Virus record (IMG/VR): IMGVR_UViG_3300045988_063005
Coordinates: 1-34,866 of that record
Length of the DNA stretch: 34,866 bases
Origin: a virus
Reading direction: 5' to 3' (one strand)
The notes beneath the pieces are model-generated. The model was not told where the DNA came from. It did not search any database and was given only the letters and a program-made list of their open reading frames with translations. Both the position numbers and the translations under genes were made by a program. Positions 16,050-23,075 of this stretch are shown piece by piece; the first letter of the stretch is position 1; each line of letters begins with the position of its first letter.

Positions 16050-16457
16050 ATGAAAAAGTTAGTAGTATTAGCAGTGTTAGTGTTTGCAAGTGTATCAGTG
16101 TTTTCGCAGATTACAAGTCAAGGTAAACCCGAAGTATTAAAAAGTTTCCGCATGGGCGTATGTAAGTTGATTGATACGAACGGGGCGATTTCAATAGTAG
16201 CAAAAACCAAAGAGGCCGCGGGGCTTGAACTTACTGTTGATTTGGGAACACCACAAGAAGCGGATGCCATTATAAGTTCAATGATTGACTACACCCCGAA
16301 ACGAGGCGAAACAGTGGACTTAAACAACCCGTCAAACAATACAGCGTATTATCAGAAACTTAATGGTACATGGGTTATAGTTAGCGCGGGCGGTGCGGCT
16401 TCCATAGCAGTAAGCAAAGGCGAATTAAAAAAGATGTTAATAGCAATTACCGAGTGA
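16050..16457 (+). CDS. Secreted protein with N-terminal signal peptide, function unknown
   Basis: MKKLVVLAVLVFASVSVFSQ is a classic signal peptide with no lipobox Cys. The second ATG (16050) is chosen by analogy with the leader-ATG-AAA pattern. Confidence 0.65.
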   Translation: MKKLVVLAVLVFASVSVFSQITSQGKPEVLKSFRMGVCKLIDTNGAISIVAKTKEAAGLELTVDLGTPQEADAIISSMIDYTPKRGETVDLNNPSNNTAYYQKLNGTWVIVSAGGAASIAVSKGELKKMLIAITE

Positions 16458-16476
16458 ACCAAATCAATTTATAAAC

Positions 16477-16495
16477 GTTTATATAGTATCAACAA
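16477..16495 (+). promoter_or_regulatory. Class 2 cassette (GTTTATATAGTATCAACAA)
   Basis: 36 nt to ATG 16513. Embedded 12-bp palindrome ATAAACGTTTAT. Confidence 0.45.
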
Positions 16496-16512
16496 TTTAA
16501 AAACAAAGAGTT

Positions 16513-16698
16513 ATGAAACTTACAAAAGTAGAATTTATCGTGAAAGGTGAGAAAGTAAAAGAATATATTAATTTGGAACACGTATCGCGTCTCTTATGGA
16601 TAGACGGAACGCCGTATGTGGGAATGGTCGGACAGACGTTTACAAGGCAATTGGCGGCGGAATACGAAGAGTGTTTCATTGGACTAATAGACCTATAA
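16513..16698 (+). CDS. Hypothetical protein
   Basis: ORF behind the class 2 cassette and canonical leader. Confidence 0.55.
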   Translation: MKLTKVEFIVKGEKVKEYINLEHVSRLLWIDGTPYVGMVGQTFTRQLAAEYEECFIGLIDL

Positions 16699-16702
16699 AG
16701 CC

Positions 16703-16864
16703 ATGATTGAGATACTGAAAGTTAGATACAAGAAACGCGGGGGGTGGGATACCTTTCTACTTTCGGAAAAGCAAATCTTCCCAACAGTGGAGAAAGCAAG
16801 GGAATATTTTAAAGAAAAGTTAGAAACAAATAAAGTAGTTTTGTATTATGCAGAAAAATTATAA
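16703..16864 (+). CDS. Small hypothetical protein (53 aa, below track cutoff)
   Basis: Hand translation MIEILKVRYKKRGGWDTFLL...YYAEKL fills an otherwise empty 150-bp gap and overlaps the next start. Confidence 0.45.
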   Translation: MIEILKVRYKKRGGWDTFLLSEKQIFPTVEKAREYFKEKLETNKVVLYYAEKL

Positions 16865-17108
16865 AGTGAAAAAGGTGGCAAAGCCCGAAGCCGACAACGT
16901 TCGAGCATATAACGTAGGCGCATCCAATTACGCAAAGCATAAGATTCAACCTTGGGACATTTGGTTAGAATATAAGCTTAACCCTTGGGACGCGGATATA
17001 GTCAAGCGGGTACTAAGGGATAAGCCAACGGACGGGCGAAAACTTGACTACGAGAAGATAATACATATTTGCAAAGAACGTATAAGGCAGTTAGAAAATG
17101 GAGAATGA
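16848..17108 (+). CDS. DUF3310-like protein
   Basis: NYAKHKIQPWDIWLEYKLNPWDADIVKRVLR...KLDYEKIIHICKERIRQLE resembles the conserved DUF3310 layout common in phage replication modules. Confidence 0.6.
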   Translation: MQKNYKVKKVAKPEADNVRAYNVGASNYAKHKIQPWDIWLEYKLNPWDADIVKRVLRDKPTDGRKLDYEKIIHICKERIRQLENGE

Positions 17109-17247
17109 GATTACAAGACTTTTGGATAAGCGTATTAAACTTATTAGGACTATCCGAGGAAACCCAAACCCCTCAAAGATGTACAGGGAGCTGGAGCAAT
17201 TGGATAAGCAAATTGAAAAGGCGCTGGGCAATGAAAGAGATAATTAG
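17098..17247 (+). CDS. Small hypothetical protein (49 aa, below track cutoff)
   Basis: Hand translation MENEITRLLDKRIKLIRTIRGNPNPSKMYRELEQLDKQIEKALGNERDN bridges the DUF3310 and VRR-NUC genes with overlaps. Confidence 0.4.
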   Translation: MENEITRLLDKRIKLIRTIRGNPNPSKMYRELEQLDKQIEKALGNERDN

Positions 17248-17533
17248 TGAGAAGTATTTAGAGCGCACCCTATCCGACAAGATAAACAAGGGCGGTAACG
17301 CGTGGTGCATTAAATTGCTATCCACGTTTATAAAGGGCCTGCCTGATAGGATGATACTATGCAATGGCGGATACGTTTGCTTTGCCGAGATAAAGACAAC
17401 AGGAAAGAAACCGACCGCAATACAAAAGTTTATTCATGAGCGATTGAACAATTTAGGTTTCAAAGTGTTTATAGTAGATGGCAAAGAGAGTTTAAACGAA
17501 GTATTAGAACATATTAAAAACAAATCATTATGA
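17231..17533 (+). CDS. VRR-NUC domain nuclease
   Basis: GLPDRMILCNGGYVCFAEIKTTGKKPTAIQKFIHERLNNLGFKVFIV carries the PD...E-x-K core. Start refined to the internal ATG because the upstream part of the track ORF overlaps two other genes. Confidence 0.75.
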   Translation: MKEIISEKYLERTLSDKINKGGNAWCIKLLSTFIKGLPDRMILCNGGYVCFAEIKTTGKKPTAIQKFIHERLNNLGFKVFIVDGKESLNEVLEHIKNKSL

Positions 17534-17778
17534 ACCCAAAGAAAGTAAAAAAAGAAATTGAATACAAGTTAGGATTGTATTTCGGTATTAAGAGCGGTGC
17601 GCTTGGTGTCAAAGAGGGTAATCAGTACGGGACGCTGGACGAGATTAGGGCGCAACTGGAAGAGGAAATAACCGCGGATGTGAAGTACCTTTCAATTAAG
17701 TATCTGCGTACCCCGCCACCCGAAACAGATTTTAAGAGCGTGTGTATTTATTACAAAAATCATCTAATGAACTTATAA
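17530..17778 (+). CDS. Hypothetical protein
   Basis: ATGA overlap with the VRR-NUC stop, preceded by the in-gene leader ttaaaaacaaatcattATG. Confidence 0.55.
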   Translation: MNPKKVKKEIEYKLGLYFGIKSGALGVKEGNQYGTLDEIRAQLEEEITADVKYLSIKYLRTPPPETDFKSVCIYYKNHLMNL

Positions 17779-17779
17779 A

Positions 17780-17959
17780 ATGACTAACTATGTAACTCTA
17801 AACGTGGCCTGCCAATCAGGTAAGACCGAGATAAAGATAAACGGTAAGACAGTTAAAACCGCTAAGGAGATAGAAACCGCGATTAAGAAAGTAGATTCCG
17901 CCGAACATTCGGCCCTACTTCAAAACCTATTAATGTTAGTGAGGACTTTAGAATGTTAA
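17780..17959 (+). CDS. Small hypothetical protein (59 aa, below track cutoff)
   Basis: Hand translation MTNYVTLNVACQSGKTEIKINGKTVKTAKEIETAIKKVDSAEHSALLQNLLMLVRTLEC fills the gap and overlaps the SNF2 start. Confidence 0.5.
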   Translation: MTNYVTLNVACQSGKTEIKINGKTVKTAKEIETAIKKVDSAEHSALLQNLLMLVRTLEC

Positions 17960-19341
17960 AGAGAGAACAATTGCATGCGTATCAAGAAAAGGCCGTTGAA
18001 CTTATACTTGACAATCTTAATTGCGGACTGTTCTTAGATATGGGTTTGGGTAAAACGGTTAGTACCCTGACAGCGATACAGGAACTAAGGTCAATGGGTT
18101 TCATTGACAAGGTGCTAATCATCGCCCCGAAAAAGGTCGCACAGGTAACTTGGAAAGACGAGATAAAGAACTGGGAGCATTTACAAGGTTTACGTATCTC
18201 TGTGATAGACGGAACAGCCGCGCAGCGTAAAGCTGCCATGTTGGCAGACGCTGACATATATACTGTCAGTCGCGATAACGTTGTTTGGCTTGTGGTTGAG
18301 CATGGCGGGGTAAAGTTGCCCTATGATATGGTAGTCATTGACGAGCTATCCAGTTTTAAGAACCCAGCTTCGAAGCGTTTTAAGGCGCTAAGACGCGTCC
18401 GTAAATTTATACCGCGAGTTGTAGGTCTTACTGGTACGCCTGCCCCTAACGGGCTGATAGACCTATGGTCGCAGATGTATTTAATTGACGAGGGTAAACG
18501 GCTGGGCAAAACAATCACAGGTTACCGAGATAGATTCTTTACCGCTGGTAAGCGTAATGGTGATATAGTCTATGAGTACATCCCCAAAGCACCAGCAGAG
18601 GAAACCGAAAAAAAGATAAGCGACCTGATAAAAGACATTTGTTTATCCATGAGTGCCGAGGACTATTTGAAGATGCCCGACAAGCTGATATACTATGACA
18701 AGGTAAGGCTATCAGATAAGGACATGAAAGCTTATAAGGCCTTTGAACGTGAACAGGTGTTAGAGTTTATAGAAAGTGGTGAGACCGTTACGGCCGCGTC
18801 TGCGGCTGCACTCAGCAACAAGTTACAGCAGTTTGCGAACGGCGCTATGTATGACGCAGACCGAAAGGTGTTGCAACTCCATGACGAGAAGATAGAGAAG
18901 TTAAAGGAACTCGTAGAGGCCGCGAACGGGCAACCCGTATTAGTCGCATACTCGTTCCAGCATGACCTATCTAAGATAATGGATGCACTTAAGGAGTATA
19001 AGCCCGTCAAGTTAGAGAAGCCCGAGCAGATAGCCGATTGGAACGCGGGAAAGATTAGCGTACTGATTACGCATCCAGCGTCCGCGGGTCATGGACTTAA
19101 TTTGCAAAAGGGCGGGCACATCGTGATATGGTACGGCCTTACGTGGGCGCTGGAGCTATACCAGCAGTTCAACGCGCGCTTATACCGTCAAGGACAAACG
19201 AAGCCCGTCAGCATACACCACATCATAACTGAGGGTACCGTAGATGAAAAGATAGTCCGAAGCCTTGACGGCAAGGATACTACGCAGCGCAGCTTAATGG
19301 ATGCAATCAAAGAGATTATCGAAATATATAAAAAAGGTTAA
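17953..19341 (+). CDS. SNF2/Rad54-family helicase (superfamily 2 ATPase)
   Basis: Motif I DMGLGKT, motif II VIDELS, TGTPAPN, C-terminal GHGLNLQ and QQFNARLYRQGQ. Confidence 0.9.
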   Translation: MLKREQLHAYQEKAVELILDNLNCGLFLDMGLGKTVSTLTAIQELRSMGFIDKVLIIAPKKVAQVTWKDEIKNWEHLQGLRISVIDGTAAQRKAAMLADADIYTVSRDNVVWLVVEHGGVKLPYDMVVIDELSSFKNPASKRFKALRRVRKFIPRVVGLTGTPAPNGLIDLWSQMYLIDEGKRLGKTITGYRDRFFTAGKRNGDIVYEYIPKAPAEETEKKISDLIKDICLSMSAEDYLKMPDKLIYYDKVRLSDKDMKAYKAFEREQVLEFIESGETVTAASAAALSNKLQQFANGAMYDADRKVLQLHDEKIEKLKELVEAANGQPVLVAYSFQHDLSKIMDALKEYKPVKLEKPEQIADWNAGKISVLITHPASAGHGLNLQKGGHIVIWYGLTWALELYQQFNARLYRQGQTKPVSIHHIITEGTVDEKIVRSLDGKDTTQRSLMDAIKEIIEIYKKG

Positions 19342-19378
19342 CAAAAAGAACAACTTAATGTTTTATTCGTTATCTTTG
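19337..19378 (+). promoter_or_regulatory. Class 1 promoter (GTTAAC-N28-TATCTTTG) driving the paralog array
   Basis: GTTAAC 19337-42 contains the SNF2 stop. Box 19371-78. 27-nt A-rich leader to ATG 19406. Confidence 0.65.
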
Positions 19379-19405
19379 TATTACTAATTAAAAAAAAAGA
19401 AGATT

Positions 19406-19846
19406 ATGAACGATTTAAAGGTTTTGAATTTAGAAAAGTATGTAGGGAGCCGAGTAACCACGTACGAGGTACACAACGCTTTAGTAGTTGGTTATGTAAA
19501 GAATGGTGTAAGTCTACTCATAGTGGAGCGCGAGGGCGGTTGGCGCGAGCCTGATATAAACGACGTAATATTATTAGATGGCAGGGAGGAGGAGTTTTGG
19601 TACGTAACGCTGGCCGAGATAAAGCGCATCACCCTTAAACCTACGCTCCGCGATATGGTAGGTCTCGACGTTATGTATCAAGGAAAGCCACGTAGGTGCG
19701 TAGGATACAACGAGGGCCTAAACGCCGCCATACTGCAAAAGAACGGTGGCTGGGTGAAGTTTTCCAAGGGTGATGTGATAGGTGTCCGAGAGGATTTGGA
19801 TGCGGGTTTTGAGTATGCAGATTATAACGAAGTAGAAGTATTATGA
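19406..19846 (+). CDS. Paralog-array protein 1 (two copies of the VGK..VVGY..GW..DV domain)
   Basis: Copy 1 EKYVGSRV..ALVVGYVKNG..GGWREPDINDVILL..FWYV. Copy 2 RDMVGLDV..RRCVGYNEG..GGWVKFSKGDVIGV. Confidence 0.7.
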   Translation: MNDLKVLNLEKYVGSRVTTYEVHNALVVGYVKNGVSLLIVEREGGWREPDINDVILLDGREEEFWYVTLAEIKRITLKPTLRDMVGLDVMYQGKPRRCVGYNEGLNAAILQKNGGWVKFSKGDVIGVREDLDAGFEYADYNEVEVL

Positions 19847-20067
19847 ATGCAAGGGAGAAAGATTTAGAAAAGTTCGTAGGTAAGACCATATCGGACGGCG
19901 GAAGCAAATCACTTTTTAAGTGCGTGGGCTACAATCTCATAGCAGGGCTGCTCATTACAGAGGCGAGCGAATACGGTTGGCACAGGCTTGATACAAGTGG
20001 TGTGGTATATAGAGAATGTGAAAGTTATTGGTATTTAAACCCTTTAACAGCGAGGATAGTAAAATGA
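19843..20067 (+). CDS. Paralog-array protein 2 (one domain)
   Basis: KDLEKFVGKTI..FKCVGYNLI..YGWHRLDTSGVVY..YWYL. ATGA overlap with the upstream gene. Confidence 0.7.
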   Translation: MNAREKDLEKFVGKTISDGGSKSLFKCVGYNLIAGLLITEASEYGWHRLDTSGVVYRECESYWYLNPLTARIVK

Positions 20068-20423
20068 CAGCAAAGGAAATGATAGGTTTACAGGTAAAGA
20101 CTGTAATCAAGCAAAAAGAAGTAGTAACGCGGGTAGTAGGTTTCGCGAGTGACGTTTGGGCGATTATAGCATGGGACGGCGGTTTCGCCAAAGACAAGCT
20201 AACCCCTGATGATGTGATAGTGTTCGACTGTACGGGTTACTGGTATAGAGAGGTAGACCACTTAATAGTAACAGAGGCTGAAAGATTATCGGCGGGGAAC
20301 TTGCTTAGCGAAGTCGGTACAGTGGAGACACCTCTAACGGATTACATCTACCCAGCAGTGCCCGAGGAGCTGCCAGTGTTACCGCCCGAACCCGAAGTAC
20401 CCGAATTTATTGAAGTATTATAA
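20064..20423 (+). CDS. Paralog-array protein 3 (one domain plus Pro/Glu-rich tail)
   Basis: Start refined to the ATGA overlap. KEMIGLQVKTV..TRVVGFASD..WDGGFAKDKLTPDDVIVF..YWYR. Tail PAVPEELPVLPPEPEVPE. Confidence 0.7.
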   Translation: MTAKEMIGLQVKTVIKQKEVVTRVVGFASDVWAIIAWDGGFAKDKLTPDDVIVFDCTGYWYREVDHLIVTEAERLSAGNLLSEVGTVETPLTDYIYPAVPEELPVLPPEPEVPEFIEVL

Positions 20424-20427
20424 AAGT

Positions 20428-20658
20428 ATGGAAGCAAAAGATTTAGTAGGAAAAAGGATTTGTTCAGACTATTTAGAGGACTCCCTAAACGCGCCCGCGG
20501 GGGCAGAGTTCAAGGTAGTAGGGTACACCACCTACGGGAAATGCATAGTAGACGGGGGTCTGACAGGCTGGCGCTACGTGTGCAAATACGACCGAATAGT
20601 CGAGGAGTGCGATTTCTATTTGTATCTCAGTACCAAGGATATAACCAAAGTGTTATAA
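20428..20658 (+). CDS. Paralog-array protein 4 (one domain)
   Basis: MEAKDLVGKRI..FKVVGYTTYG..TGWRYV..FYLYL. The first 23 nt are identical to the start of 20738. Confidence 0.7.
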   Translation: MEAKDLVGKRICSDYLEDSLNAPAGAEFKVVGYTTYGKCIVDGGLTGWRYVCKYDRIVEECDFYLYLSTKDITKVL

Positions 20659-20661
20659 CAA

Positions 20662-20721
20662 GTTAATAAGGCAATAGCGGCGAACCTTTTAAAGCGCCCG
20701 CTGTTTATATAGTATAACAAC
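20662..20721 (+). promoter_or_regulatory. GTTAATAAGG-hairpin plus class 2 cassette (copy 2, partner 15971..16030)
   Basis: Stem tagcgg / ccgctg with compensatory changes relative to copy 1, loop cgaaccttttaaagcgc, then GTTTATATAGTATAACAAC. 35 nt to ATG 20738. Confidence 0.55.
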
Positions 20722-20737
20722 TTAAAAACTGGATGAT

Positions 20738-21181
20738 ATGGAAGCAAAAGATTTAGTAGGTAAATGGGTAAAAGGCTGGGAGCAGACAAACCCCGAATAT
20801 GCGGATGCGCCCGCGCTGGTTGTAGGATATAACATGCATGGTTTCGCGGCGCCGAACATTATCGTAGAGAACTTGTACGGCTGGGGCTGGGAGAAGCCCT
20901 CAGGCAGCGATGTAGTTAAGATAACTTGTGAGGGTTACAGTTACGCGAACCCCGCATTAGTAACTATCTGTGATACGCCCGAGGGTGAGCTGGACTATGA
21001 TACGGACGGCCAATGTCTGAATGTGCTCATAGACCTACCGCCACAAACGACAATGTCGCAGATACGCGAATTGGAAATGGCGGGGTATAAGTTCACTCGC
21101 GATTCGGGCGGCTGGACTATAAAGAACCCTGAGGGCGCTACGGTTGGTTGGGCGGACACGTTATCAGGAGTGGAGCCATGA
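20738..21181 (+). CDS. Paralog-array protein 5 (one domain plus C-terminal extension)
   Basis: MEAKDLVGKWV..APALVVGYNMHG..YGWGWEKPSGSDVVKI..GYSY. Confidence 0.7.
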   Translation: MEAKDLVGKWVKGWEQTNPEYADAPALVVGYNMHGFAAPNIIVENLYGWGWEKPSGSDVVKITCEGYSYANPALVTICDTPEGELDYDTDGQCLNVLIDLPPQTTMSQIRELEMAGYKFTRDSGGWTIKNPEGATVGWADTLSGVEP

Positions 21182-21738
21182 GGGAAATAATAAGAATAGC
21201 CCGCCAGCGTGCGGGCGAACGGGTAGTTAAGACCTACTCAGAGGGATGCACCCTTAGTGGCTGGATAGTAGGATACGAAGATGATATGCTGGTAGTGGCG
21301 CACAACTGCGACAGGGTTAGGGGGATAACAACCCGCTGCGCAAAGAACCCTGTCCTACTGGCTGAGCCGCCTTGCAAGACGAAGCACACCATTCTAACCG
21401 CGCCGACAGGGTTACGTCCGTATGAGGATAGGAACGAGGATAACAAGTTTTACTCATGGGTCGGTCGGCATATCGGTAGGGTCGCGTTCTTTAAACCGTA
21501 CGGCCCGAAGCAGAAAGGGCTGATAGTAGGCCACAAGGACGGTATGGTAGTTATTAGGGTGATGTACACCAAGGTATCTAAGTTCGCCTGTGAGCCGGCG
21601 GGGGAAGATTACAACAGTATCCTTGACTACAACACACATAAGGCCGCAGGCAAGCTTAAAATGCTATATACGGACGTGTTGGTAAGCAAGAATGATTTGA
21701 GGTTAACAAAATTGGTAGGAATAGAAAATATATGTTAG
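21178..21738 (+). CDS. Paralog-array protein 6 (two diverged domains, weaker match)
   Basis: Start refined to the ATGA overlap. AGERVVKTY..LSGWIVGYEDDMLVV and VGRHIGRVAFF..KGLIVGHKDGMVVI keep the VG..V / (I/V)VG(Y/H) core only. Confidence 0.55.
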   Translation: MREIIRIARQRAGERVVKTYSEGCTLSGWIVGYEDDMLVVAHNCDRVRGITTRCAKNPVLLAEPPCKTKHTILTAPTGLRPYEDRNEDNKFYSWVGRHIGRVAFFKPYGPKQKGLIVGHKDGMVVIRVMYTKVSKFACEPAGEDYNSILDYNTHKAAGKLKMLYTDVLVSKNDLRLTKLVGIENIC

Positions 21739-21956
21739 TTATGTGGATAGATATTTTATTGGTTATATTGGGCATGCTGGTATTCGTTAGTTCGATTGTA
21801 CTCATACTCGGCTCTGCAATGGCAGAAGCGTTCGGCCCGAAGAACAAAGTGAGATTTATAGGTTTGTGTTTCATAAGCGGGGTGGTAGCCGCGGTCGGGT
21901 TCGTCCTATTGGCGAGCATCATTAATGGGGTGTCTAACTTAATAACGGGGGTGTGA
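21732..21956 (+). CDS. Small membrane protein (two predicted TM helices)
   Basis: 74 aa, almost entirely hydrophobic (ILLVILGMLVFVSSIVLILG and FISGVVAAVGFVLLASII). Confidence 0.6.
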   Translation: MLVMWIDILLVILGMLVFVSSIVLILGSAMAEAFGPKNKVRFIGLCFISGVVAAVGFVLLASIINGVSNLITGV

Positions 21957-21957
21957 T

Positions 21958-22365
21958 ATGGATAAAGAACGTGAGATTAGTTTTAAGGTAATCGGTGAGG
22001 CCCTGAACATTCATCAGTTCATTATATGGGAGTTCGTCCGTAGGTACGGATACGATAAGGGAATAACGAAAGACAGGAAAGGCCGCGGGGTAGTCCAGTG
22101 GCATAAGGCAAATCTTTGGATAGACAAGTTAGCTAAGTATCTGAAGTTTCAAGAGTACAGTTATAAGCAGGAAATAAACAAGGGCCAATACACCTATATA
22201 AGTCGGGAACGTTTCCAGCGCGAAAAGGAAAGTGAACAGGACGTTGAAAGGGAGTACGGCGTGAATGATAAAGCACAGGTTATACGGACTACGAAGTTTG
22301 CAAACGGGGGCGTTCAAGTATGGGTTTGGAACTGGCTAACTTATACATGGCAATTGACAAAATGA
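21958..22365 (+). CDS. Hypothetical protein, possibly DNA-binding (last gene of early block)
   Basis: N-terminal ISFKVIGEALNIHQFIIWEFVRRYG is helix-turn-helix-like by eye only. Trp-rich C-terminus. Confidence 0.4.
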   Translation: MDKEREISFKVIGEALNIHQFIIWEFVRRYGYDKGITKDRKGRGVVQWHKANLWIDKLAKYLKFQEYSYKQEINKGQYTYISRERFQREKESEQDVEREYGVNDKAQVIRTTKFANGGVQVWVWNWLTYTWQLTK

Positions 22366-22469
22366 TAGTCAAGTAAGGAGGCTCGATAGCATTTTGATAG
22401 GCCTTAAAACATAAGTAACCGCCTTTTAAAAGTGATACATATAGAGGGTTTTAGGTTACAAAGTGTCAA

Positions 22470-22507
22470 AGCGTACAGGGTAAGAACTACTTTGTACGCT
22501 TTTTTTA
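22470..22507 (+). terminator. Rho-independent terminator closing the early block
   Basis: 12-bp stem agcgtacagggt / actttgtacgct with two G-U pairs, 7-nt loop, then T7. Confidence 0.8.
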
Positions 22508-22647
22508 TGCACCCCCCCGTCAGAACGCTCAGAACGCACTATAATGTAACGTTAAATGGGGGTTATTGACTTATCAATCAAGTGATTGTGCTATTTTTTG
22601 GGGTGCTAAAAGGGCCCTGTTTTTCTTTACCATATTTGACACTCGAA

Positions 22648-22838
22648 ATAGTACAATCATATCAAAATCAGCCCTTTAATATATATTTAACGACACCTCT
22701 TAGTGAATATACATAGAAACATAGGAATGAAATTACTATCTTATTTATAGGGATATTATAGTTAATAACAGTTAAATGGAAAATAAGAGAACATTCTAAA
22801 ATAAAGTTATAGGGAATCAGAATAAGGCAACGAAAAAA
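22648..22838. repeat. Inverted-repeat partner B (reverse complement matches 5300..5512)
   Basis: See partner A. Roughly three quarters identity by hand alignment, with an ~18-nt insertion in this copy. Confidence 0.75.
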
Positions 22839-23067
22839 GGGGGTTAAATGCCTGATTTTTAAATAACTCTACTTTTGGCCCTTTTTACGAATGTTTACAG
22901 ATTTGTAGGGCGCTTGATTTTTGTAAAGAAAAATACGTTAATAGATTGTTAAAATGAAAATGCGCAGATTTGGAAGATTTGTTTTTGACTAAAAATGCGT
23001 GTAAGGAATTTTTGTAGTATTCGTGTGGCGAAACTCAGTTATATTGTGATTAGTTGGAAAAGGTATG

Positions 23068-23075
23068 TACTTTTG
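23068..23075 (+). promoter_or_regulatory. Putative late promoter box TACTTTTG(TGCC) upstream of terS
   Basis: TAnnTTTG match. The extended TACyTTTGTGsC is shared with 23923 and 26126. Followed by the hairpin ctctca-cgtt-tgagag. Confidence 0.5.

Noticed and set aside
5300-22838. Inverted repeats as ends of a composite transposon / IS element
   Set aside because: No transposase, integrase or recombinase-like ORF lies between or near the repeats. The repeats are only about three quarters identical with indels, and no flanking target-site duplication is visible. I kept this as a regulatory or module-boundary observation instead.
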